A stretch of 64,000 bases of DNA, taken from Lingula anatina. Lineage: Eukaryota; Animalia; Brachiopoda. Below the pieces are notes generated by a model. It worked only from the letters and a program-made list of their open reading frames with translations, had not been told where the DNA came from and did not search any database. Positions 13,130-29,837 of this stretch are shown here, piece by piece (positions within the stretch are counted from its first letter, which is position 1; every line of letters begins with the position of its first letter). Position numbers and translations under genes: made by a program. The stretch lies in contig CM120640.1 of NCBI GenBank assembly GCA_051362555.1, forward strand, positions 6,758,001 through 6,822,000. The letters are read 5' to 3'.

Positions 13130-13706
13130 AACAAATATCAATGAAAAGCTATGCCAATAAGGTCGAATTATTAGACGTCTGCTGGCCACTATATGAGCAT
13201 CCCCGAATAAAAACAAAACCTATTATATTGGAACCTAGCTTGTGCGTCTGTTTAACTCATTATTTTACATACGCCTTTTAATCGTTTCAAAATAAATTCA
13301 AAGTTTTAGGCGAACAAGTCCCCCGTGTAATAGCAACAATGTACACAGATGCCTAATCTACCCTGAGAGAAAGTACAGTAAAGATAGCTTGCTCACTATA
13401 CCTTTTCGTGTGTTGGCTTTACAGTGCGGTATTGCTGATGTGGGCTATATACTGCACAGAAAGCTCTTTTTGGTCTGAAAAGCTGTAAGCCACTTTCTAC
13501 TAGACTGTCGTCATCAATAAAAGAAAAAAAGTACTATTTCATACTCTCGATACGGCTTTTCAATGATCACTGACAGATCTCCCGTAGAAAAAAATCAACT
13601 TACGCTTTTGCAACGAACTTCTAGGTGTACATACTAGACCAAAGATGTGATAAAAACTCTATCCAGAAGTTTAGGGAAAGATTCAGGGACAGAATAACAC
13701 AAGAAT

Positions 13707-13742
<36 letters not shown>

Positions 13743-15522
13743 ACCAACACCAAGTCCAAATTGCAATTTTATTGTCAATACAAGAACAAATATGTGAAGG
13801 AAAGATACTTAGATACAATTAAAGATAGAGATAAATACACCACTTTAACTCGATTCCGCATAAGTGCACACAACCTATAGGTATGGAAACAGGTAGACAT
13901 GAAAGAATTTCTCAAGCAGAGAGAATTTGCAAAAAGTGTGATTCTGGGAAAATAGAAGATGAAATCCATTTCCTAGTGTCTTGCCCTCTTTATACAGATC
14001 TCCGATATGATCTTTATTCACTGTACAAAAGACAATATAGTAACTTTGAGCATCTTACCAGAATGGATAAATTTATAACACTAATGACTGGTTAGAAGAA
14101 TGAACATATATGGCCACTTAGGCTCTGCCAAATATGTTTTGCTTTTTTTCTTACAAGTAGTCATACTATATCACTATGTAAAATAATTGCTATTTATTTA
14201 TAATTGCATTCCTATAGTACATTTTCATCTACCATGATGTAGATGCATACGATGCAATGAATAAAGCAAAGCATATATATGAAAACAAGCCGGCAATACC
14301 GAAATCTAGAGCTTAAGGTGGCCTAATCCCAATCCAGTCAGCTTCATGCTATGTCAGCAAATTGAGCTGGGTACAATGGATCGTCATCAGCAATAAGTGC
14401 TAAGGTAACCACTTACAACAGATAATAAATCGCCCTGGGTAGGGTGAATCTATCTATTAAAAGTAGACTCTTACCTGTCGCAAAACAAACTCAACATAAA
14501 AGAGAACATCCTGAGATTTCAAGCCTCTAAGCTACTACTATTCTTCACAAAACCATTGATTACCTTATAACAGAATTGATTTCGTTTAACAAATCGTTCA
14601 ATGCAATCATTAAGCAGCAATCAAACACGGTCCATTTCAAGGAGAGGAGACAAGATTTCACTTAATTTTCACCAACTAAACAATCATTAATTAATTGATA
14701 ATGCTGTTATTGTGAAATCTAATTCTGTCTTAGCAAAGTTAAGTAAACTGACAGAGCCCATGAAATAATCTATAACGAAATTTTGATATCTTATTCAGTA
14801 CAAACAGAATGGAAGAAAATCACGGTAAAATTGTCTTTAAAAAAAAAAAGCTATTATTTCCTTTTTATTGATTTTAAAATTTGTCTTTCTTGTTGTAGAT
14901 GTTATTCATAATAATATTGTCAACTGTGCTGAAGTGCATGCTTAAGGCACTTTATTTTTAAGAGAGAATTTTTTAAAAGTATTTTATCTGCCACTAAAAC
15001 CATAGTAGCTCCAATGTCCTGTAGCTGCTAACAAATAATCAAATAAAAACTCCAGAATACACAGTGATTTCACCTAATTTAAATGCATTTGTCAACATAT
15101 TGTATGTGAAAATAAAAAAAGGAAAGCGTGTGCTAATCAGCAGTGTAATACATAACAATTAAGTAATATTTCCACTTGTTACTGTAGATTACGTATGTTA
15201 TGTCTTTCAAATTCAATTGTGTGCCGGGGATCATCAAGGCCTCTACTTTTCAAACAGCTGATAATTTACTTATTGGTTTAGATGTTGAGAAACATGCCCA
15301 CAATGAGAGCAGAGACAATGCTATACTGTGTAAATAAAAGATTGTAGAATGCAAAACGAATTCTTCTATGTCAGAGTGTAGGGATTCTTGTGCGTGTGTG
15401 AACATGCACATTTCTTGTTTGTTATCACGTGTATGTCTTATAATAACATTTGGTATAGCTTTCCTGGAAAGATATGGTTGGTCCTGAAAAGGACCGTTTG
15501 TGTAAATCACCGACTTGCTGAT

Positions 15523-15891
15523 TTACTTGGAGCTGGTGTACTTGGTGACGGCCTTTGTGCCCTCACTGACAGCGTGCTTAGCAAGCTCACCGGGCAGCAA
15601 GAGACGGACAGCAGTCTGAACCTCTCGGCTGGTGATGGTGGAACGCTTGTTGTAGTGGGCAAGGCGGGAAGCTTCACCGGCAATACGCTCAAAGATGTCA
15701 TTGACAAAGCTGTTCATGATGCTCATGGCTTTGCTGGAGATACCGGTGTCAGGGTGCACCTGTTTCATCACTTTGTAGATGTAGATGCTGTAGCTTTCCT
15801 TTCTCTTCCTCCTTCTCTTCTTGTCACCACTACGTGCGGCCTTAGCCTTACCGGCTTTCTTGGCGCCCTTGGAGCTCACTTTGGGAGGCAT
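15523..15891 (-). CDS. H2B: Histone H2B
   Basis: Same protein as 7803-8171. Confidence 0.99.
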   Translation of the reverse strand: MPPKVSSKGAKKAGKAKAARSGDKKRRRKRKESYSIYIYKVMKQVHPDTGISSKAMSIMNSFVNDIFERIAGEASRLAHYNKRSTITSREVQTAVRLLLPGELAKHAVSEGTKAVTKYTSSK

Positions 15892-16946
15892 GGTACTTGT
15901 ATTCTACCGTACAAATTGAACGTTGAATACTGGCAGAAGAGAGCGTTTTGTATTTATACAACGCGTTATGCAAATAAGGGGATCCAGCGCTACACGTTGT
16001 GAAATTCACAATCGGATTGGGTGAAGTTCCCAGCGCGCAACAAATGCAGCGTCGAAGCCGAGGCAATTGAAAGTAGCATATGTCTTATAGGTATAGCTTT
16101 CCTGGAAAGATATGGTTGGTCCTGAAAAGGACCGTTTGTGTAAATCACCGACTTGCTGATTTACTTGGAGCTGGTGTACTTGGTGTGCTTAGATAGAATA
16201 TTTTATGAGTAATTTTACTAGTACTTATCTTCATTATATAAAGATGGTAATGCACTAACTGTATTGTATCATCATTTGTATTTCATATTGTACAAGGTCA
16301 TGACAATCTATGTACCAGTACAGAAATAAATTGAATTGAAATAAATTGAAATTAAATTGACTTCATGAAAGCACTTAGTCTACAGTCCAAAGTGGTCTCA
16401 TCATAAACGAAAACAACGTGCGTATGCTGTTATTTTCAACTTCTTGACAGCAGTTTATTTATCAAAACAAGACGTTATCTTCAATGAGGTGTCAAAGCAA
16501 TGATCTGATTGCAATCAAGAAGCTGACAGCAATTAAGGTGTCCTAAGATTTCAATCAAGTCTGACATCAAGGCACTTTTGATACTCAATTAAGCACAATA
16601 CAATACGAGCCTATATCATATACTTCTATGCCTATATGAGGTATTCACCATGGCAGTCAAACCGTGCTCGTTATATCATTAACAATATTAATAAAAATAC
16701 GTTTCTGGAAGGAGGATGTGAAGCACTTGTTTTGTATCATGCAAAACCACATGTACCTATAGTTATTTCATGGCCCCTGTGGTACCAAACAATCTATGTA
16801 GAGTTATGCAAATTAGAGGCTCGTATGTTGCACAGTGAGAACGAGGGCAAGTTAAGCGCTCTCTTTACCTATTGGCAGTTATTTCGACTATGCTGTCTTA
16901 TTGGACAGATTTGCGTGCAGCACTGAATCCCCATCGATGGCTATAA

Positions 16947-17390
<444 letters not shown>

Positions 17391-18867
17391 ATTGCTGTTT
17401 GCAAATTTACAACAAACGGTCCTTTTCAGGACCAACCACATATTCATAGAAAAGCTACGCCAATGAAGTTCATTACGAATTAATTTTCACATCCCAAATA
17501 CTCTCTCGTAATGCTAGACGCGATTAATCCCACTATTCTCTGTATATCGTGAATATGAAACCATAAATAAGAATTGGTCCTTGTCACCCAGAAGAGTGAA
17601 AAATCAAGTTTATAATTGATATCTGCAAAATCAACTTTGACTTAATCACTGGTGACAGACAGCTGAACTAATTGTCACAGTGTCATGTACAAGCCAAGCT
17701 TTGCTGTATTGTAAACATACACATTCATTTTATATATTTATTTGCACGCGTGAGAGAACACAGGATTTTATTGTCTTCCCAGGAGTTAAGAAGCACAAAA
17801 AAACATATCTATAGGCTCTAATTTGTTTATGGGATCTGTCTTTTTTCTTTTTTTTTTTTTTTTTCACAATATTGATAAATATTTCTGATGAAAAGAGCAT
17901 CTTTTGTCTTTTTTCCTTCTTTTAATAAAGGTACGAAAATTATGTTTTAGGTGTCTTTTATTTAATTCTGTATAGGAAAAGGTAGACAATTTAAATGGCC
18001 CGCTTTTCTTTTACCTTTTTCTAACACTAACACTTACAGTTACCCTTTACTGCAAAAAGAGTGATCATTTTCTTGCAGAAAAGCAGTTTTAGCACTCAAT
18101 ATACATGTTGTATGTAAAATGATATGGGCCTGCCCCTAAATGGCTTAATTTGATAACTGTTTTAAACATGTACTGCTACTTTTAGGTAGCTTATTAAACG
18201 AAAGAATTTTATGAAATCCTTTTTCATTATTTCGCAAAGGCAAAAGAAATCCACGACTGTCTCAATTTTAATTTAGTTTTTAATTTTTACTATGTCTAAA
18301 GTTACATAATGTAAGGAGCCCTAAATGGTAACATATATGCTCCAGTAACGTATGTTCCAGGTCATTTAATTTTAATTTTTATATCGGTTTCCCTATATTT
18401 TGTAGTGATTCAATCATGGTATATTATGCATAATGTAAATATGTTTTTGTAAATATTTAAACTGTAACTCCACCTTTCCACGGAAAAAGCTCATATCCGA
18501 TAAAATAAATATATAATTGATAAAATTACTAGAAATTTGGACAGTTTGTTAGTTTATGTGAAGAATCATATTCCCTGCACTGTATTAAAGTTATTTATTC
18601 ACAGATTTTGGAATTTCTTTTCAAATCTAATGAATGTTGAATACAGCAAAATGTATTTCATTAGTTTTTTATTAAACAAATATATAAATGCATGTTATGA
18701 AGGAACCAAACTGCCAATGTGCTGTTTTATATCCAAATACAGGACTGTGTTATTTTGAAATTAGATGATAGTTGATGTGATAAATGCACCTGAAAGAAAA
18801 GTTAAGACGATCCTTGATGTTAACGGTTGGTGGAGATTTTGCCTATAATACGAGTACAACAATATTA

Positions 18868-18908
<41 letters not shown>

Positions 18909-19519
18909 TGTAATGACTTGATCTTTTCAACGGGGAAAACTTTGCATTTTTTTTTTTTTTTCAATTTATTTTTGTGGTGCTTTTGCTGTACAGATAAGAT
19001 GGCCTGCCATTCAGTTTTGTTGTCGAAACCCAATAGGAATGTTTCTCCTCTCTTGAAAGAATACATGACTTTAAAAGTACAGCATCTGTAAAATTCAGAA
19101 TTTCCCCCACTGAAAAGATCGAGTGATTACAGTAAATGACCTAAAATACTGCAGTACTAAAACTTGAACCAAATTTTAGTATATAATAAGCATGTAAAAT
19201 GCACTGCTAATGAAAATATGTAAAACAATTAAAAATCGAGGATCTGCACACTGGCATGCCTTTGCAAACCAGAAAACCGACTTCTTTGCTACTCATTATA
19301 GCGCATTTGCTACTCATTATAGAGATAATTAATTGTGAATAGTAATTCTTTCAAATGCATTATCAACTATTGATTTCCTTTTCATCAACTTTAATTATTT
19401 CAGAAGAAATTATACGAAGACAATTCAGGGTGGACAACGTACGTCAGCACTAATGGTTTAGCTTTTCTGATTTGTAGTGGTCCTGAAAAGGACCGTTTTG
19501 TTGAGAGTAAAAGCAGAAT

Positions 19520-19948
<429 letters not shown>

Positions 19949-20436
19949 TCAAATAACTTGAATGATTTGGGGTATATGCTACAGAGATTTGTAATATAGC
20001 GGTCTATTTGGTGATTGGATGACCCAAATTCCTGTCCTATTTTGAGCGCACCTCATTGGATGTATTTTCATTAAAAAAAAGTCATTGAATATGTATAACT
20101 ACACGTGTGCGCTTTAAATATGCAGCATTGAATCCGAGGCAGAGTGAAGGAATGACATATTTCTGCATGTATCACCAAGTTTAGTGGATTTCTGAAAGAA
20201 ATAAAAATTGGCAATATAAATATAATTAATTCCCACCAATTAAGATCCAACTTCTGTAACGTTCTTAAAGTGATCTCTCTTTGCTAAGAAAAACATAGTT
20301 GCAAGATAGATGAAATGTGTTTGAACTCTACGATTTGCCCAATCATATCACTCTACAAGCACAAGTGGTCGTTTTGGCCAATCAAGTTAAGATTTGGTGT
20401 TGAAGATCGTTGGCGTCGGATAGGTGAGTATATAAT

Positions 20437-21069
20437 TTTTTCAATTTATTTCTGTACTGGTACATAGATTGTCATGACCTTGTACAATATGATATACAAA
20501 TGATACAAATACAGTTAGTGTATTACCATCTTTATATAATGAAGATAAGTACTAGTAAAATTACTCATAACATATTCTATCTAAGCATTGAGATAAACCT
20601 TGGTGTGATTATAAATTTACCATAAACATACTATAAACATGTTACACAAAAAGAATATGCTTTTAAAGAACTTAAAACCACCGTTACATAGCTGTTTACA
20701 TGGCTGTTTGATGACATTGATAATTACGATTAATGACAATTACATAAGACATATAAGTAAATAAGTTACACAGATATAAATATTGTGCCATGTTCAGTCC
20801 CACTGCCGAGTCACTTCTCACAACAGTGGGACCATACACTGACATTTTAAGGGGTATGCTAAGAGTTACCAAGCAGAGCAACCACTTCACTTCTTTTCTT
20901 AAATGATTTGATTATAAAGTTGGAGAGGGACACTAAAGTATCTTTGTTGGCACTGTTAAATACATGGCATAATTGACTGTCTGGTGGCCTTGAATCAGCT
21001 TTTAGGAATGAGGTTTTACTGAAAAAGGTGACTCGGTCTGTTTTGTACATTGGGCATTGGAATATAAAA
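20437..21069 (-). mobile_element. 5'-truncated RTEX-like LINE inserted in the H4 TATA box
   Basis: 633 bp with TSD TATATAAT (20429-20436 and 21070-21077); encodes FIFQCPMYKTDR... ORF2 C-terminus; tail aaataaattgaaaaaa. Confidence 0.88.
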
Positions 21070-21100
21070 TATATAATACGAGGCAACCTTCGGCGATTAA

Positions 21101-21448
<348 letters not shown>

Positions 21449-22068
21449 GCAAACTTCTCATTGAGACAAACAAACGGTCCTTTTCAGGACCAACAAATAT
21501 CAATGAAAAGCTATGCCAATAAGGTCGAATTATTAGACGTCTGCTGGCCACTATATGAGCATCCCCGAATAAAAACAAAACCTATTATATTGGAACCTAG
21601 CTTGTGCGTCTGTTTAACTCATTATTTTACATACGCCTTTTAATCGTTTCAAAATAAATTCAAAGTTTTAGGCGAACAAGTCCCCCGTGTAATAGCAACA
21701 ATGTACACAGATGCCTAATCTACCCTGAGAGAAAGTACAGTAAAGATAGCTTGCTCACTATACCTTTTCGTGTGTTGGCTTTACAGTGCGGTATTGCTGA
21801 TGTGGGCTATATACTGCACAGAAAGCTCTTTTTGGTCTGAAAAGCTGTAAGCCACTTTCTACTAGACTGTCGTCATCAATAAAAGAAAAAAAGTACTATT
21901 TCATACTCTCGATACGGCTTTTCAATGATCACTGACAGATCTCCCGTAGAAAAAAATCAACTTACGCTTTTGCAACGAACTTCTAGGTGTACATACTAGA
22001 CCAAAGATGTGATAAAAACTCTATCCAGAAGTTTAGGGAAAGATTCAGGGACAGAATAACACAAGAAT

Positions 22069-22114
<46 letters not shown>

Positions 22115-23894
22115 ACCAACACCAAGTCCAAATTGCAATTTTATTGTCAATACAAGAACAAATATGTGAAGGAAAGATACTTAGATACAATTAAAGATAG
22201 AGATAAATACACCACTTTAACTCGATTCCGCATAAGTGCACACAACCTATAGGTATGGAAACAGGTAGACATGAAAGAATTTCTCAAGCAGAGAGAATTT
22301 GCAAAAAGTGTGATTCTGGGAAAATAGAAGATGAAATCCATTTCCTAGTGTCTTGCCCTCTTTATACAGATCTCCGATATGATCTTTATTCACTGTACAA
22401 AAGACAATATAGTAACTTTGAGCATCTTACCAGAATGGATAAATTTATAACACTAATGACTGGTTAGAAGAATGAACATATATGGCCACTTAGGCTCTGC
22501 CAAATATGTTTTGCTTTTTTTCTTACAAGTAGTCATACTATATCACTATGTAAAATAATTGCTATTTATTTATAATTGCATTCCTATAGTACATTTTCAT
22601 CTACCATGATGTAGATGCATACGATGCAATGAATAAAGCAAAGCATATATATGAAAACAAGCCGGCAATACCGAAATCTAGAGCTTAAGGTGGCCTAATC
22701 CCAATCCAGTCAGCTTCATGCTATGTCAGCAAATTGAGCTGGGTACAATGGATCGTCATCAGCAATAAGTGCTAAGGTAACCACTTACAACAGATAATAA
22801 ATCGCCCTGGGTAGGGTGAATCTATCTATTAAAAGTAGACTCTTACCTGTCGCAAAACAAACTCAACATAAAAGAGAACATCCTGAGATTTCAAGCCTCT
22901 AAGCTACTACTATTCTTCACAAAACCATTGATTACCTTATAACAGAATTGATTTCGTTTAACAAATCGTTCAATGCAATCATTAAGCAGCAATCAAACAC
23001 GGTCCATTTCAAGGAGAGGAGACAAGATTTCACTTAATTTTCACCAACTAAACAATCATTAATTAATTGATAATGCTGTTATTGTGAAATCTAATTCTGT
23101 CTTAGCAAAGTTAAGTAAACTGACAGAGCCCATGAAATAATCTATAACGAAATTTTGATATCTTATTCAGTACAAACAGAATGGAAGAAAATCACGGTAA
23201 AATTGTCTTTAAAAAAAAAAAGCTATTATTTCCTTTTTATTGATTTTAAAATTTGTCTTTCTTGTTGTAGATGTTATTCATAATAATATTGTCAACTGTG
23301 CTGAAGTGCATGCTTAAGGCACTTTATTTTTAAGAGAGAATTTTTTAAAAGTATTTTATCTGCCACTAAAACCATAGTAGCTCCAATGTCCTGTAGCTGC
23401 TAACAAATAATCAAATAAAAACTCCAGAATACACAGTGATTTCACCTAATTTAAATGCATTTGTCAACATATTGTATGTGAAAATAAAAAAAGGAAAGCG
23501 TGTGCTAATCAGCAGTGTAATACATAACAATTAAGTAATATTTCCACTTGTTACTGTAGATTACGTATGTTATGTCTTTCAAATTCAATTGTGTGCCGGG
23601 GATCATCAAGGCCTCTACTTTTCAAACAGCTGATAATTTACTTATTGGTTTAGATGTTGAGAAACATGCCCACAATGAGAGCAGAGACAATGCTATACTG
23701 TGTAAATAAAAGATTGTAGAATGCAAAACGAATTCTTCTATGTCAGAGTGTAGGGATTCTTGTGCGTGTGTGAACATGCACATTTCTTGTTTGTTATCAC
23801 GTGTATGTCTTATAATAACATTTGGTATAGCTTTCCTGGAAAGATATGGTTGGTCCTGAAAAGGACCGTTTGTGTAAATCACCGACTTGCTGAT

Positions 23895-24263
23895 TTACTT
23901 GGAGCTGGTGTACTTGGTGACGGCCTTTGTGCCCTCACTGACAGCGTGCTTAGCAAGCTCACCGGGCAGCAAGAGACGGACAGCAGTCTGAACCTCTCGG
24001 CTGGTGATGGTGGAACGCTTGTTGTAGTGGGCAAGGCGGGAAGCTTCACCGGCAATACGCTCAAAGATGTCATTGACAAAGCTGTTCATGATGCTCATGG
24101 CTTTGCTGGAGATACCGGTGTCAGGGTGCACCTGTTTCATCACTTTGTAGATGTAGATGCTGTAGCTTTCCTTTCTCTTCCTCCTTCTCTTCTTGTCACC
24201 ACTACGTGCGGCCTTAGCCTTACCGGCTTTCTTGGCGCCCTTGGAGCTCACTTTGGGAGGCAT
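23895..24263 (-). CDS. H2B: Histone H2B
   Basis: Intact ORF. Confidence 0.99.
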   Translation of the reverse strand: MPPKVSSKGAKKAGKAKAARSGDKKRRRKRKESYSIYIYKVMKQVHPDTGISSKAMSIMNSFVNDIFERIAGEASRLAHYNKRSTITSREVQTAVRLLLPGELAKHAVSEGTKAVTKYTSSK

Positions 24264-25318
24264 GGTACTTGTATTCTACCGTACAAATTGAACGTTGAAT
24301 ACTGGCAGAAGAGAGCGTTTTGTATTTATACAACGCGTTATGCAAATAAGGGGATCCAGCGCTACACGTTGTGAAATTCACAATCGGATTGGGTGAAGTT
24401 CCCAGCGCGCAACAAATGCAGCGTCGAAGCCGAGGCAATTGAAAGTAGCATATGTCTTATAGGTATAGCTTTCCTGGAAAGATATGGTTGGTCCTGAAAA
24501 GGACCGTTTGTGTAAATCACCGACTTGCTGATTTACTTGGAGCTGGTGTACTTGGTGTGCTTAGATAGAATATTTTATGAGTAATTTTACTAGTACTTAT
24601 CTTCATTATATAAAGATGGTAATGCACTAACTGTATTGTATCATCATTTGTATTTCATATTGTACAAGGTCATGACAATCTATGTACCAGTACAGAAATA
24701 AATTGAATTGAAATAAATTGAAATTAAATTGACTTCATGAAAGCACTTAGTCTACAGTCCAAAGTGGTCTCATCATAAACGAAAACAACGTGCGTATGCT
24801 GTTATTTTCAACTTCTTGACAGCAGTTTATTTATCAAAACAAGACGTTATCTTCAATGAGGTGTCAAAGCAATGATCTGATTGCAATCAAGAAGCTGACA
24901 GCAATTAAGGTGTCCTAAGATTTCAATCAAGTCTGACATCAAGGCACTTTTGATACTCAATTAAGCACAATACAATACGAGCCTATATCATATACTTCTA
25001 TGCCTATATGAGGTATTCACCATGGCAGTCAAACCGTGCTCGTTATATCATTAACAATATTAATAAAAATACGTTTCTGGAAGGAGGATGTGAAGCACTT
25101 GTTTTGTATCATGCAAAACCACATGTACCTATAGTTATTTCATGGCCCCTGTGGTACCAAACAATCTATGTAGAGTTATGCAAATTAGAGGCTCGTATGT
25201 TGCACAGTGAGAACGAGGGCAAGTTAAGCGCTCTCTTTACCTATTGGCAGTTATTTCGACTATGCTGTCTTATTGGACAGATTTGCGTGCAGCACTGAAT
25301 CCCCATCGATGGCTATAA

Positions 25319-25762
<444 letters not shown>

Positions 25763-27239
25763 ATTGCTGTTTGCAAATTTACAACAAACGGTCCTTTTCA
25801 GGACCAACCACATATTCATAGAAAAGCTACGCCAATGAAGTTCATTACGAATTAATTTTCACATCCCAAATACTCTCTCGTAATGCTAGACGCGATTAAT
25901 CCCACTATTCTCTGTATATCGTGAATATGAAACCATAAATAAGAATTGGTCCTTGTCACCCAGAAGAGTGAAAAATCAAGTTTATAATTGATATCTGCAA
26001 AATCAACTTTGACTTAATCACTGGTGACAGACAGCTGAACTAATTGTCACAGTGTCATGTACAAGCCAAGCTTTGCTGTATTGTAAACATACACATTCAT
26101 TTTATATATTTATTTGCACGCGTGAGAGAACAGAGGATTTTATTGTCTTCCCAGGAGTTAAGAAGCACAAAAAAACATATCTATAGGCTCTAATTTGTTT
26201 ATGGGATCTGTCTTTTTTCTTTTTTTTTTTTTTTTTCACAATATTGATAAATATTTCTGATGAAAAGAGCATCTTTTGTCTTTTTTCCTTCTTTTAATAA
26301 AGGTACGAAAATTATGTTTTAGGTGTCTTTTATTTAATTCTGTATAGGAAAAGGTAGACAATTTAAATGGCCCGCTTTTCTTTTACCTTTTTCTAACACT
26401 AACACTTACAGTTACCCTTTACTGCAAAAAGAGTGATCATTTTCTTGCAGAAAAGCAGTTTTAGCACTCAATATACATGTTGTATGTAAAATGATATGGG
26501 CCTGCCCCTAAATGGCTTAATTTGATAACTGTTTTAAACATGTACTGCTACTTTTAGGTAGCTTATTAAACGAAAGAATTTTATGAAATCCTTTTTCATT
26601 ATTTCGCAAAGGCAAAAGAAATCCACGACTGTCTCAATTTTAATTTAGTTTTTAATTTTTACTATGTCTAAAGTTACATAATGTAAGGAGCCCTAAATGG
26701 TAACATATATGCTCCAGTAACGTATGTTCCAGGTCATTTAATTTTAATTTTTATATCGGTTTCCCTATATTTTGTAGTGATTCAATCATGGTATATTATG
26801 CATAATGTAAATATGTTTTTGTAAATATTTAAACTGTAACTCCACCTTTCCACGGAAAAAGCTCATATCCGATAAAATAAATATATAATTGATAAAATTA
26901 CTAGAAATTTGGACAGTTTGTTAGTTTATGTGAAGAATCATATTCCCTGCACTGTATTAAAGTTATTTATTCACAGATTTTGGAATTTCTTTTCAAATCT
27001 AATGAATGTTGAATACAGCAAAATGTATTTCATTAGTTTTTTATTAAACAAATATATAAATGCATGTTATGAAGGAACCAAACTGCCAATGTGCTGTTTT
27101 ATATCCAAATACAGGACTGTGTTATTTTGAAATTAGATGATAGTTGATGTGATAAATGCACCTGAAAGAAAAGTTAAGACGATCCTTGATGTTAACGGTT
27201 GGTGGAGATTTTGCCTATAATACGAGTACAACAATATTA

Positions 27240-27277
<38 letters not shown>

Positions 27278-27890
27278 TGTAATGACTTGATCTTTTCAAC
27301 GGGGAAAACTTTGCATTTTTTTTTTTTTTTTTCAATTTATTTTTGTGGTGCTTTTGCTGTACAGATAAGATGGCCTGCCATTCAGTTTTGTTGTCGAAAC
27401 CCAATAGGAATGTTTCTCCTCTCTTGAAAGAATACATGACTTTAAAAGTACAGCATCTGTAAAATTCAGAATTTCCCCCACTGAAAAGATCGAGTGATTA
27501 CAGTAAATGACCTAAAATACTGCAGTACTAAAACTTGAACCAAATTTTAGTATATAATAAGCATGTAAAATGCACTGCTAATGAAAATATGTAAAACAAT
27601 TAAAAATCGAGGATCTGCACACTGGCATGCCTTTGCAAACCAGAAAACCGACTTCTTTGCTACTCATTATAGCGCATTTGCTACTCATTATAGAGATAAT
27701 TAATTGTGAATAGTAATTCTTTCAAATGCATTATCAACTATTGATTTCCTTTTCATCAACTTTAATTATTTCAGAAGAAATTATACGAAGACAATTCAGG
27801 GTGGACAACGTACGTCAGCACTAATGGTTTAGCTTTTCTGATTTGTAGTGGTCCTGAAAAGGACCGTTTTGTTGAGAGTAAAAGCAGAAT

Positions 27891-28319
<429 letters not shown>

Positions 28320-28830
28320 TCAAATAACTTGAATGATTTGGGGTATATGCTACAGAGATTTGTAATATAGCGGTCTATTTGGTGATTGGATGACCCAAAT
28401 TCCTGTCCTATTTTGAGCGCACCTCATTGGATGTATTTTCATTAAAAAAAAGTCATTGAATATGTATAACTACACGTGTGCGCTTTAAATATGCAGCATT
28501 GAATCCGAGGCAGAGTGAAGGAATGACATATTTCTGCATGTATCACCAAGTTTAGTGGATTTCTGAAAGAAATAAAAATTGGCAATATAAATATAATTAA
28601 TTCCCACCAATTAAGATCCAACTTCTGTAACGTTCTTAAAGTGATCTCTCTTTGCTAAGAAAAACATAGTTGCAAGATAGATGAAATGTGTTTGAACTCT
28701 ACGATTTGCCCAATCATATCACTCTACAAGCACAAGTGGTCGTTTTGGCCAATCAAGTTAAGATTTGGTGTTGAAGATCGTTGGCGTCGGATAGGTGAGT
28801 ATATAATACGAGGCAACCTTCGGCGATTAA

Positions 28831-29178
<348 letters not shown>

Positions 29179-29797
29179 GCAAACTTCTCATTGAGACAAA
29201 CAAACGGTCCTTTTCAGGACCAACAAATATCAATGAAAAGCTATGCCAATAAGGTCGAATTATTAGACGTCTGCTGGCCACTATATGAGCATCCCCGAAT
29301 AAAAACAAAACCTATTATATTGGAACCTAGCTTGTGCGTCTGTTTAACTCATTATTTTACATACGCCTTTTAATCGTTTCAAAATAAATTCAAAGTTTTA
29401 GGCGAACAAGTCCCCCGTGTAATAGCAACAATGTACACAGATGCCTAATCTACCCTGAGAGAAAGTACAGTAAAGATAGCTTGCTCACTATACCTTTTCG
29501 TGTGTTGGCTTTACAGTGCGGTATTGCTGATGTGGGCTATATACTGCACAGAAAGCTCTTTTTGGTCTGAAAAGCTGTAAGCCACTTTCTACTAGACTGT
29601 CGTCATCAATAAAAGAAAAAAGTACTATTTCATACTCTCGATACGGCTTTTCAATGATCACTGACAGATCTCCCGTAGAAAAAAATCAACTTACGCTTTT
29701 GCAACGAACTTCTAGGTGTACATACTAGACCAAAGATGTGATAAAAACTCTATCCAGAAGTTTAGGGAAAGATTCAGGGACAGAATAACACAAGAAT

Positions 29798-29837
<40 letters not shown>

